From Chthoniobacteraceae bacterium (GTDB lineage: Bacteria > Verrucomicrobiota > Verrucomicrobiia > Chthoniobacterales > Chthoniobacteraceae): DNA of 16,724 nt. Positions within the stretch are counted from its first letter, which is position 1; each line of letters opens with the position of its first letter. Below the pieces are notes generated by a model. The model was not told the origin of the DNA. It searched no databases and was given only the letters and a program-made list of their open reading frames with translations. Positions 7,471 through 16,040 of the stretch are shown one piece after another. The position numbers and the translations under genes were made by a program. The stretch lies in assembly GCA_031409335.1 (NCBI GenBank), contig JANNWY010000045.1:1-16724 (forward strand), written 5' to 3'.

Positions 7471-9126
7471 ATGTCAGCAAAGACAGAAGGCATCGCACCA
7501 AACGCCAGCCGGCTCCTATGGGCCGGATTCATGGCTATTCTCGCAGCAGGCGTCGGCTTCGCCATTCGTGGCGGCATTTTCGACAACTGGGGCAAAGAGT
7601 TCGGCTTCACCGCCGCCCAACTCGGAGCCATCGGCGGAGCCGGATTTTCCGGCTTCTGCTTCGGTATCATCATCGGCGGCGTCATCGTCGATAAGATCGG
7701 TTACGGAAAACTCGTGGCAGTGGCGCTGCTGTGCCACATCCTGTCCGCGTTCGTAACCTTCGGCGCAAACTCGCCGGACAACGCCTACAACATGCTTTTC
7801 TGGGGCATGTTCATTTTCGCGTTTGCCAACGGCACTCTCGAAGCCGTCGCAAATCCACTCGTGGCCACGCTTTTCCCAAAACAGCGCACCCACTACTTGA
7901 ATATCCTGCACGCCAGTTGGCCCGCAGGCATGATCCTCGGTTCGGTTGCTGGCTGGGTGCTTGATGACAAGATGCAGCTCAACTGGAAGCTCCAGCTCGC
8001 TCTCTACCTCGTCCCGACGGTGCTCTACGGCATCATGTTCATGGGTCAAAAGTTCCCGAAATCCGAAGCGGCGGCAAAGGGAGCCAGTTTCTCCGAGATG
8101 TTCAAAGCAGTCGGCATTCTCGGTGCGGCGGTCGCGTGTTTCCTGCTCTCGAAATTCTTCGCGGACATCTTCAAGGCATCCGAATCCGCCGACCTCATCG
8201 GTTATGCCATCGGTGGAGCTTTGTTGCTCGGCGTAGCGTTTCTCACCAAGTTCTCCATTGGCTCGGTTCTGCTGTTCATCCTGTTCGTTACCCATGCGCT
8301 CGTCGGAGCGGTCGAACTTGGAACCGATGGCTGGATTCAAAACATCACTGGCAATCTATTTACATCGGAACAAGGCAAGTATCTCTTCATCTGGACCTCA
8401 GTGATTATGTTCGGCCTTCGCTTCTGCGCGCACTTCATTGAGCGCACCCTGAAGGTCTCACCAGTTGGGCTTCTTTTCCTCTGCGCGGTCATTGCCTGCA
8501 TCGGCCTGAATCTAGCGAGCGGAATGCAGACCTTCGGAGCGGCTCTCGTCGCTCTTGGCATCTACGCGGTCGGCAAGACGTTCTTCTGGCCCACCATGCT
8601 CGCCGTCGTCGGCGATCGGTATCCACAAACGGGTGCCGTTGCCATGTCCATCATGGGTGGTATCGGAATGCTCTCCGCCGGTTTGATCGGTGGTCCTGGC
8701 CTTGGCTATGCAAAAGATCGTTTCGCCGGTGAAGCGCTAAAATCGAATGACGCCGCTCTCTTTGAAGAGTTCAAAGCGCCGGCACCTTCCAAGTTTCTCA
8801 ACATCGCGTCCACTGCAGCCGTCGGACTTGATGGAAAGAAACTCGGTGAAGCCAACGATCGTCTCGGAGCGATCCGCAAGGAAATCGAAGCGGCAAAGGG
8901 CGATCCAAAAACAGCTCTCGACAAGCTCGATCCCAAGGATCGCGCTGTGATCGAAGCGAGCATAACCGGGGATCGCCGGACCCTGACCGCTGACGCTTGG
9001 ATTCCCGCGGCCATGGCGGTCATTTACCTTTTGATATTCCTCTATTTCAAAACGATTGGCGGCTACAAACCCGTCCATATTGCTGAGGACTTTACCGGCG
9101 GGCAGCCTGGGCCGCATCAGGCTTAA
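7471..9126 (+). CDS. Major facilitator superfamily transporter (probably sugar-type)
   Basis: About 12 or more hydrophobic segments; MFS motif A-like [24 protein letters not shown] and [11 protein letters not shown] resemble FucP-like carriers. Confidence 0.92.
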   Translation: MSAKTEGIAPNASRLLWAGFMAILAAGVGFAIRGGIFDNWGKEFGFTAAQLGAIGGAGFSGFCFGIIIGGVIVDKIGYGKLVAVALLCHILSAFVTFGANSPDNAYNMLFWGMFIFAFANGTLEAVANPLVATLFPKQRTHYLNILHASWPAGMILGSVAGWVLDDKMQLNWKLQLALYLVPTVLYGIMFMGQKFPKSEAAAKGASFSEMFKAVGILGAAVACFLLSKFFADIFKASESADLIGYAIGGALLLGVAFLTKFSIGSVLLFILFVTHALVGAVELGTDGWIQNITGNLFTSEQGKYLFIWTSVIMFGLRFCAHFIERTLKVSPVGLLFLCAVIACIGLNLASGMQTFGAALVALGIYAVGKTFFWPTMLAVVGDRYPQTGAVAMSIMGGIGMLSAGLIGGPGLGYAKDRFAGEALKSNDAALFEEFKAPAPSKFLNIASTAAVGLDGKKLGEANDRLGAIRKEIEAAKGDPKTALDKLDPKDRAVIEASITGDRRTLTADAWIPAAMAVIYLLIFLYFKTIGGYKPVHIAEDFTGGQPGPHQA

Positions 9127-9147
9127 CCAGCATCCACCTTTACCTTC

Positions 9148-9178
9148 AAAGGACCGGGCCAAAAGCCCGGTCCTTTTT
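9148..9178 (+). terminator. Rho-independent terminator after the MFS gene
   Basis: AAA-GGACCGGGC-caaaa-GCCCGGTCC-TTTTT: perfect 9-bp stem followed by a U-tract. Confidence 0.9.
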
Positions 9179-9226
9179 GTTTGTAGGAGCGGACGCGGCA
9201 CGAGACTTGCATCTCGGAACCGCCCG

Positions 9227-10015
9227 ATGCTGCTCACATTGCCCCCTCCCAACTCCGAACTCACTCCCTCCAGCCGCTGGCAGGATCCTGCGATCGTGCA
9301 TCAATTCCTCGAGAACGTCCGCGAAGCGATTCCGCTCACCATCGAGCAGATCGACATGATGCTGCGCGTCATCGCCGCGGCGCGCGATGACGTGCGCACC
9401 TTCCTCGTGCTCGGTTGTGACGACAGCCTGCTGGCTTCCGCGATTCTCGATGAATATCCCAATGCCCGCGGCTTCCTCGTGGATTCCTCGGAATCCGCGG
9501 TCATGTCCGCCCGCCGCCATTTGCGCACGCGCGTCGATCGGCTCCGGACCGCGCAGGTCGATCCCGGTGCATCCGATAGTCTGGCGAGCGCTGGCATCGG
9601 GGTTTCATTCGATGCGATCGTTTGCGGCCCCGGCGTCCATCTCCCGACGCAAACCGCGAAGCAGTCGCTTTACCGGCAGGCATACCAACTTCTCCGGCCC
9701 GAAGGCATCTTCATCAATCTCGAGCACGTCACCAGCGCCACACGCTGGACGGAATCGGAATGGGACGATCGCATGATCGACGTGATTTTTGGCCCGCAAC
9801 TCAGGATGTCGCCAGGCAGCGGGCGCGTGGATGTGGCGCGCGCTTACTACGCCGGCGTCAGCCGCGATGCGGGAGTCCCCGCGCCGCTCGAAGTGCAGTG
9901 CGACTGGCTGACCGCGATCGGGTTTGAGAACGTAGATTGTTTCCTGAAAATGGGCGAGCTGGCGATGTTTGGCGGGCAGCGACCGGCGGGAATGCTTGTG
10001 AACGGCAAGTCGTAG
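9227..10015 (+). CDS. Class I SAM-dependent methyltransferase-like protein (degenerate motif I)
   Basis: FLVLGCDDSLLA at the motif I position, LVDSS, FDAIV, LLRPEGIFINLEHV and QCDWLTAIGFENVDCFLK. Start is uncertain: ATG 9227 chosen because the longer ORF start lies upstream of the terminator. Confidence 0.8.
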   Translation: MLLTLPPPNSELTPSSRWQDPAIVHQFLENVREAIPLTIEQIDMMLRVIAAARDDVRTFLVLGCDDSLLASAILDEYPNARGFLVDSSESAVMSARRHLRTRVDRLRTAQVDPGASDSLASAGIGVSFDAIVCGPGVHLPTQTAKQSLYRQAYQLLRPEGIFINLEHVTSATRWTESEWDDRMIDVIFGPQLRMSPGSGRVDVARAYYAGVSRDAGVPAPLEVQCDWLTAIGFENVDCFLKMGELAMFGGQRPAGMLVNGKS

Positions 10016-10073
10016 ATGGTGAATGGTGGACCGTCACCGCGCGGCCATTCACACTTCGCCAATCACTATTCAC
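10001..10073. repeat. Degenerate inverted heptamer repeat array spanning a gene junction
   Basis: Left arm AACGGCA AGTCGTA GATGGTG AATGGTG (10001-10028); right arm CCATTCA CACTTCG CCAATCA CTATTCA (10045-10072); core GTGAATGG / CCATTCAC is perfectly complementary. Confidence 0.65.
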
Positions 10074-10982
10074 GCAAACGCCCTCCGCACCTGGCTGCAG
10101 CTTCTTCGCGCGCCAAATCTCTTCACTGTTCCCGGCGATCCGCTCGCGGGTTATCTGCTCGCTTGCTACGGCACGGTCGTGCCGCTCATTGCGCTGCCGA
10201 TTTTCGCCAGCCTGTGTTTTTACGCCGCCGGACTGCTCCTGAATGACCTCGCCGACCTCGCGGAAGATCGCGCGGAACGTCCCACCCGTCCGCTGCCCAG
10301 TGGCGGGGCCAGCCGCGGCGCGGTGGTCGCCGCGATGGTCGCGCTCGCCGTCGGCGGGCTCGTGCTCTGCGCCATCGCAGGTTTGTGGCCGCTCGGCGTC
10401 GGCGTGGCGCTGTTGATCACGATCGTTACTTACAACCTGGGAATGAAGCGCGTGTCAGTCGTCGGCGCGCTGAATATGGGCGTGTGCCGGGGGCTCAGCC
10501 TGCTGCTCGGCGCGACCGTGGTCCCGCATGGCGATCTCACGATTCCGCTAATGGTCCACGGGCGGCTCGATCACCTTGTCGTCGCGTTTCTACTCGTCAC
10601 GCTGTTCATCGCCGCCGTCACAAATCTCGCGCGCTTTGAAACGAAGACCGCCGCGCCGGGATTTGCGAAGTGGCTGCCCGCCGCTGCCATCGCGGGCGGC
10701 ATGGTAAATTTCGTGCCGATGGTGAACGGTCCCAATCGCACTTCGACGATCGCGCTATTCCTGCTCGCGTTTTTCACCAGCGCGCAAGTCGCCTGGCAGC
10801 TCACGCGCGATCCGAAGCAGCCGCTTCCGCCGATGATCGGCACGCTGATCCGGATGCTGCTCATCATTCAGGCAGCATTCTGCGCGGCGACTGGCGACGT
10901 GTTTGGCTCGATCGCCGCGGCCATCCTGATCGTCCTGTGGCCGGTCAGCCGCTCCGTCGGGAAACGTTTCTACGCGAGTTGA
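10023..10982 (+). CDS. UbiA family prenyltransferase, EboC-like
   Basis: LQLLRAPNLFTVPGD, Asp-rich NDLADLAEDRAERPTRPLPSG, YN and MGVCRGLSLLLG; multiple transmembrane segments. Start codon uncertain. Confidence 0.88.
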   Translation: MVDRHRAAIHTSPITIHANALRTWLQLLRAPNLFTVPGDPLAGYLLACYGTVVPLIALPIFASLCFYAAGLLLNDLADLAEDRAERPTRPLPSGGASRGAVVAAMVALAVGGLVLCAIAGLWPLGVGVALLITIVTYNLGMKRVSVVGALNMGVCRGLSLLLGATVVPHGDLTIPLMVHGRLDHLVVAFLLVTLFIAAVTNLARFETKTAAPGFAKWLPAAAIAGGMVNFVPMVNGPNRTSTIALFLLAFFTSAQVAWQLTRDPKQPLPPMIGTLIRMLLIIQAAFCAATGDVFGSIAAAILIVLWPVSRSVGKRFYAS

Positions 10983-10996
10983 ATTCGGCAACGCAC

Positions 10997-11025
10997 TTGC
11001 CGTCGCCGCGTGTCTGGCGAAACAT
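10997..11025 (+). promoter_or_regulatory. Putative promoter of the helicase gene
   Basis: TTGCCG, 17-nt spacer, AAACAT; 12 nt before ATG 11038. Confidence 0.35.
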
Positions 11026-11037
11026 GCGCGGCTCGCA

Positions 11038-13020
11038 ATGATCGCTCCCGTTTCCGCATTTCCAGACAGCTTTCCCGAAAGGGTGCGCGAGATTTTTTCG
11101 CCGAGCGGGCTGCTGGGGACGGCGGATAATTTTGAATTCCGACCCGAGCAGCAGGAGATGGCGGTGGCGGTGGCGCAGGCGATTTCGGAGGAGCGGCATC
11201 TTGTCGTCGAGGCGGGGACGGGCGTGGGGAAATCGCTCGCGTACCTGATTCCCGCAGTGCTCTGGGCGCATGAGCAGAAGAAGAAGGCGGTGGTTTCCAC
11301 CTACACGATCAATCTTCAGGAACAGCTCGTGTACAAGGATCTGCCGATCGTGCAGAAGCTGATGCCGTTTGAGTTTGAGGCGATGCTTTGGAAGGGGCGG
11401 CACAATTACCTCTGCCCGCTGCGGCTGGAGCGCGCGCTGAATCACTCGACCGATCTTTTCACGAGCACCGAGCAGGCGGAGCTGAATCGCATCTGGGAAT
11501 GGGCGCAGACGACGCAGGATGGTTCGCTGTCGGATTTCAAGGTGGAGCCCGACGCGGCGGTGTGGGCGCAGGTGTGCAGCGAGGCGCACATTTGCACCAC
11601 GAAATCGTGCGGGACGAATCCGAAGTGCGCGTACCAGCGTGCGCGCAAGCGGCTGATTTCCGCGGATGTCGTGGTGATGAATCACACGCTCTTTTTCATG
11701 AATCTCGGCGGGCTCGCGGAGCAGGAGGAAAACGCGAGCGGCTACATTTTCGCGAATGATTTTGTGATCTTCGACGAGGCGCACACGGTCGAGCAGGTGG
11801 CGGCGAAACAGATCGGGCTCGGCGTTTCGCAATACGGACTGCGGCACGCGCTGCACCGGCTCTACAATCCGAAGACGAAAAAGGGGCTGATGCAGGCGCT
11901 GCGGAATGTGGATGGCGTGCGCGAAGTCGCGGGCTTGCTGGAGGAGGCCGATGCGTTTTTCGACAAGCTCGGGGCGCGCGCGGATTTCAAAAAGGGGCGC
12001 GAGTTTCGTGTGCGGCAGCCGGACATCGTCGAAGATTCGCTCACGGGGCCGCTGGCGAAATTACAGGCGATCATCGTGCAGAGTGTGCGTGCGATGGAGG
12101 ACGAGATTTCCAAGGCGGAGCTGCAAGACCTCGGACGCCGCGTGCGCGATGCTCGCGCGGGGATCGCGACGTTTCTGAAACAGGAGGCGGAGGATCACGT
12201 CTATTGGATCGAGCGCACGGGGAAGACGCAGAACTTTCACAGCCTGAACGCCGCGCCGATCGACGTGGCGGCGCATTTGAAGGCGCTACTTTTTCGCGAG
12301 GATCACTGCTGCGTGATGACGAGCGCGACGCTCTCCGTCGGCAACGAAGCGCTCGCGTATTTCCGCAATCGCGTGGGCGCGGATGAGATCGAGGCGCGGC
12401 AGATCGGGAGCCCGTTCGACTACCAGCGGCAGATGAAACTTTTCATCACGAAGAAAATGCCCGACCCGCGCGATGCCGGCTACGAAGCGGCGCTCGCGAC
12501 GCAGATCGAGCATTTCGTGCAGATGAGCAAAGGCCGCGCGTTCGTGCTTTTCACGAGCTACAAAACGATGAGCGCGATTGCGTCGGCGATGCGCGAGCGG
12601 CTGGATGAACTCGATTACAAATTGCTCGTGCAAGGCGAGGGGATGCCGCGCCACCAAATCCTCGCGGAGTTCAAACGCAACGACCGGCATGTGCTCTTCG
12701 GCACGGAGAGTTTTTGGAGCGGCGTGGATGTGCCCGGCGAAGCGCTCAGCAACGTGATCATCACGCGCCTGCCTTTCGCAGTGCCCGATCACCCGATGGT
12801 CGAGGCGCGGCTGGAACTCATCGAAGCCCACGGCGGCGATCCCTTTTCAGAATACTCGCTACCCGAAGCGATCCTGCGTTTGCGGCAAGGCGTGGGTCGC
12901 CTCATCCGCACCAAGCAGGATCAGGGCATCGTCGTAATCCTGGATAATCGCGTGCTGGTGAAAAGCTACGGCAAAGCGTTTCTGCGCGCGCTGCCGGAGT
13001 GTCCAGTGGAAGTGGTGTGA
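11038..13020 (+). CDS. DinG/YoaA family ATP-dependent DNA helicase (Fe-S type)
   Basis: Q motif RPEQ, Walker A EAGTGVGKS, KGRHNYLC plus further Cys residues (Fe-S cluster), FDEAH, TSATL, FWSGVDVPG, RLPF and QGVGRLIR. Confidence 0.96.
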   Translation: MIAPVSAFPDSFPERVREIFSPSGLLGTADNFEFRPEQQEMAVAVAQAISEERHLVVEAGTGVGKSLAYLIPAVLWAHEQKKKAVVSTYTINLQEQLVYKDLPIVQKLMPFEFEAMLWKGRHNYLCPLRLERALNHSTDLFTSTEQAELNRIWEWAQTTQDGSLSDFKVEPDAAVWAQVCSEAHICTTKSCGTNPKCAYQRARKRLISADVVVMNHTLFFMNLGGLAEQEENASGYIFANDFVIFDEAHTVEQVAAKQIGLGVSQYGLRHALHRLYNPKTKKGLMQALRNVDGVREVAGLLEEADAFFDKLGARADFKKGREFRVRQPDIVEDSLTGPLAKLQAIIVQSVRAMEDEISKAELQDLGRRVRDARAGIATFLKQEAEDHVYWIERTGKTQNFHSLNAAPIDVAAHLKALLFREDHCCVMTSATLSVGNEALAYFRNRVGADEIEARQIGSPFDYQRQMKLFITKKMPDPRDAGYEAALATQIEHFVQMSKGRAFVLFTSYKTMSAIASAMRERLDELDYKLLVQGEGMPRHQILAEFKRNDRHVLFGTESFWSGVDVPGEALSNVIITRLPFAVPDHPMVEARLELIEAHGGDPFSEYSLPEAILRLRQGVGRLIRTKQDQGIVVILDNRVLVKSYGKAFLRALPECPVEVV

Positions 13021-13031
13021 TCGCGCGTTGA

Positions 13032-13071
13032 GAAACACAAACGGCCCCGCCGGAAAATCCAGCGGGGCCGT
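13032..13071 (-). terminator. Intrinsic terminator of the TonB-dependent receptor gene (possibly bidirectional)
   Basis: On the - strand: ACGGCCCCGCTGGA-ttt-TCCGGCGGGGCCGT followed by TTGTGTTTC; lies between convergent genes. Confidence 0.8.
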
Positions 13072-13093
13072 GTCAATCGGGGCGCGGACGCGA

Positions 13094-15853
13094 TTAGAAC
13101 TTTTTCCGAATGCTCGCGTAGATAAAGCGGCCGGTCGCGTCGCCGGTCGCGGTGTCGTAGCCTTCCGTGAGGTTCGAGAAGGGCGGCTCGACATCGCCGA
13201 CATTGTCGCATCCCACGGTCAGCCGCGTTCCATTGAGCCATTTCTTCCAGCCGGTGAGCGTGCCGGGCACCATCTCCTTCGAGGCTTTGCCACTGCCGCC
13301 TTTGTCCTTGGAATAGTTCGGCAATTCTCCGGCGCTGAAGTTGAATTCATACGACGCCTGCAGATCGAGCGTCGTGAAGCTGCCCACTTTGCGAATCGGC
13401 GCGTCTTCGTCGTAAACAATGTCGTCGTACGAGTCGATGTAGTTCACCGTGACACCGAACTCAAATCCGCCCTTTGTGTAGAAGATACTGCCGGTCAGCT
13501 TGAAGTCGGGCAACTGGTGGGTATCGGCGAATTCCTCATTCTTGTCGCCAGGCACGATGACGGCCTCATTGCTATTCATCAGCGTGAATTTCGTATCGAG
13601 CGTGAACGTGCCGATCCGCGTTTCGAGTGCGTAGTTTACATCCACGTCGAAGCCATCGGTCACGACCGTGCCGAGATTTTGAAACGTCGAGTTGATGTTC
13701 GTAATCTCGTCATTCGCGTTGAAGCTCACGTTGCCGATCAGGTTGTTCACTATGTATTGCGCGGAGGGCTGGCTGATGAGGTTCCGCTGCTCAATGCGGA
13801 AAAAATCCACCGCAATCGAGAACCCTGGCACAAACGGCGGATCGACGATAAAGCCGAGTGAGTATCCGTAAGAAGTCTCAGGCAGCAGGGCGGGATTCCC
13901 GCCCGTGGTGATCGGCACGTCGTTCGTGATGCCGGTGCGCGGATTTCTCACGGTATCGAACGAGCCCACCGAGCTGGTGAAAAGCTGCGGCAGAGACGGC
14001 GCGCGGAAGCCTTCCGCATACCCGCCGCGGAAGAGCAGCCCGGTCACCGGTTTCCACGCAAAACCGAACTTGGGCTTCGTGGTGTCGCCGAAATCGCTGT
14101 AGTCGTCGATTCGCTGGGCGACGGAGAACTCGAGTTTTTTCACGCCAGGGATGTTCCACTTGTCGCTCGTGACAGGGATGGACAGCTCGTAGAAAAGGCT
14201 GCGCACATCGCGATCACCGCTCGATCCGGCGCCGCCGGTCGCCACCACCACGCCTTGCGGAACGCTGAAGCCTTGCGTGAGCGATTCCTCGCGGTATTCG
14301 CCGCCGATGGCCAGTTTCACCGGGCCGGCGGGCAGGTCGAACAATTCTCCGCTGGCCTTGAAATCCACGCCGTAGTTGTAGGCGAGGCCATCGTTGCGCG
14401 GGCGCACGACCAGGCTGCGGATGGTCGCCCGATTATTGATCCCGAGCCCGTCGCCGAAGACGTTGAGTGCCGTGGCGGGATTGGTGTCGTTCAGCGCGGA
14501 TTGCGTTTTCGCGACCGAGAGAAACCCCGCATAGCTGTAATCGACGACGTTGGTCTCGGTGTAGAGGAACGCCACTTCAGCGCTCCAGTTTTTCGGCAGG
14601 TCTTTGAATTTGAAGCCGCCGAGATAACGATACGAATCGACATCCGTGCGGCTCTTGCGCGGGCCGGCCTCCAGCGCGCGCCAGAGGAATGAAACGTCTT
14701 CGCCAAACGGATTGAACGGATTCGTCGCGGGAACGAAAAGCCCGTCGCCCGCGCTGTCTGGTGGCGTCGGTGCGGCGATGGATTCCGTTTGCGTGGCCTG
14801 GTAGGAAACCTCGCCGAAGAACTCGAGGCGCGGCGTGATATTGTAGCCAAACGTGGTCAGCGCGCCCCAGCGCTCGGTCTCCGGGATGAGATCGGTGAAT
14901 CTGTTGAAGTTGAAGCGGTTCCTGAAATTGCCATCCGGCAGCACGCCTGGAATGAAGTAGGTGTTTGGGTTGAAGCCCGGAGCATTCGTGCGCCCGTTGC
15001 CGCCGCGCGGGATTGCGGCGACACCATCTGGAAAGGCAGCGGTCGGGTTCAAAAAGATTGTCCCCGGATTCCCGCGCGAGCTGCGCAAATCGTCTCCGGA
15101 TTGATTCCGGTGATCCGCCGAAAGCGAGAAACCGCGATCCCGGTTCGCGATCGAATTCCGATGATAGTAGTTCGCACCCAGCATCAGGCGGAACTTCTCG
15201 TTGGTGAAGCCCGTGAGCAGGTTTTCGCGGACCTCGAAACTGTCCTTGCTCGTCGTGTTGCCGATCTCGCTGTAGATTTCCGAGCCACTGAAGTTTTCCT
15301 TCATGATGATGTTCACCACGCCCGCGATGGCATCCGACCCATACACGGCAGACGCGCCCTCTTTCAAAATCTCGATGCGCTCCACTGCCGCGAGCGGGAT
15401 GCTGTTCAGGTCCACGAAGGCATCGGTGCCATTCTGCGCGAGTGGGAAGGGCGCGACGCGGCGGCCATTGATGAGCACCAGCGTGGCCGAGTCGCCGAGG
15501 CCGCGCAGCGAGACGGAAGCGGCACCGGGGGAAAACGAGACGCCGGTGTTCACCGCATCGGTGAAGCCCGCGCTGCTTTGCGGCAGGCGCGTGAGCACTT
15601 CGGTGACGGTGCGCGCGCCGGATCGCTCGATCCGTTTGCTGTCATAGACGACGACCGCCTGCGGACCTTCGTAGTCGGAGCGTTTGATGTTCGATCCGGT
15701 AATAACGACCGCATCGCCGGTGCCGCTGTCGGCTGGCGAGGTCGTGGCGTCGGGAGCTTGCGCGAGCGCGAGGGGCGCGATCGAGCCGGTGAGGGCGGTG
15801 GCGAGCATGATCCCGGTCGCGGTGAACTTCTGAATGGAAGTGCGATTTCTCAT
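13094..15853 (-). CDS. TonB-dependent outer-membrane receptor
   Basis: Signal peptide (ALA-Q); TonB-box-like VVITGS; plug motifs LRGLG..TLVLINGRR and DLNSIP..VERIEILKEGASAVYGSDAIAGVVNII; terminal Phe (GRFIYASIRKKF). Confidence 0.96.
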   Translation of the reverse strand: MRNRTSIQKFTATGIMLATALTGSIAPLALAQAPDATTSPADSGTGDAVVITGSNIKRSDYEGPQAVVVYDSKRIERSGARTVTEVLTRLPQSSAGFTDAVNTGVSFSPGAASVSLRGLGDSATLVLINGRRVAPFPLAQNGTDAFVDLNSIPLAAVERIEILKEGASAVYGSDAIAGVVNIIMKENFSGSEIYSEIGNTTSKDSFEVRENLLTGFTNEKFRLMLGANYYHRNSIANRDRGFSLSADHRNQSGDDLRSSRGNPGTIFLNPTAAFPDGVAAIPRGGNGRTNAPGFNPNTYFIPGVLPDGNFRNRFNFNRFTDLIPETERWGALTTFGYNITPRLEFFGEVSYQATQTESIAAPTPPDSAGDGLFVPATNPFNPFGEDVSFLWRALEAGPRKSRTDVDSYRYLGGFKFKDLPKNWSAEVAFLYTETNVVDYSYAGFLSVAKTQSALNDTNPATALNVFGDGLGINNRATIRSLVVRPRNDGLAYNYGVDFKASGELFDLPAGPVKLAIGGEYREESLTQGFSVPQGVVVATGGAGSSGDRDVRSLFYELSIPVTSDKWNIPGVKKLEFSVAQRIDDYSDFGDTTKPKFGFAWKPVTGLLFRGGYAEGFRAPSLPQLFTSSVGSFDTVRNPRTGITNDVPITTGGNPALLPETSYGYSLGFIVDPPFVPGFSIAVDFFRIEQRNLISQPSAQYIVNNLIGNVSFNANDEITNINSTFQNLGTVVTDGFDVDVNYALETRIGTFTLDTKFTLMNSNEAVIVPGDKNEEFADTHQLPDFKLTGSIFYTKGGFEFGVTVNYIDSYDDIVYDEDAPIRKVGSFTTLDLQASYEFNFSAGELPNYSKDKGGSGKASKEMVPGTLTGWKKWLNGTRLTVGCDNVGDVEPPFSNLTEGYDTATGDATGRFIYASIRKKF

Positions 15854-15970
15854 GGTTGGTGTCTCCTTGGTTATCGCCGTGGCGCGGTTTCACGCGCGCT
15901 GCGGTGAAGTGGATTGGCTTGGTGAGTGACACCCGGACTGACTCGCTGAGTCACTGCGGGCGACGCTCAG

Positions 15971-15999
15971 AGGGTGATGAGCCGGCGTAAATGGCACAA
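15971..15999 (-). promoter_or_regulatory. Putative promoter of the TonB-dependent receptor
   Basis: On the - strand: TTGTGC, 17-nt spacer, CACCCT; ~115 nt upstream of the ATG. AAGGAG SD-like element ~10 nt before the start. Confidence 0.35.
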
Positions 16000-16040
16000 G
16001 CGCAAATTGTAGGAAAAGCGCGGACCGCCGCGCGGTGGCT

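Noticed and set aside
9056..9226. Upstream extension of the methyltransferase ORF
   Set aside because: Overlaps the MFS gene end and runs through a clear terminator.
11038..13020. Helicase as CasDinG (type IV CRISPR) or a defence-system component
   Set aside because: No cas genes, repeat-spacer array or defence genes nearby; it looks like a housekeeping Fe-S DinG/YoaA.
13028..15907. Long + strand ORFs (277 aa and 372 aa)
   Set aside because: Antisense shadows of the TonB-dependent receptor.
15854..16040. Cobalamin or TPP riboswitch ahead of the receptor
   Set aside because: Conserved cores (B12 box; CUGAGA with AUACC) are not evident.
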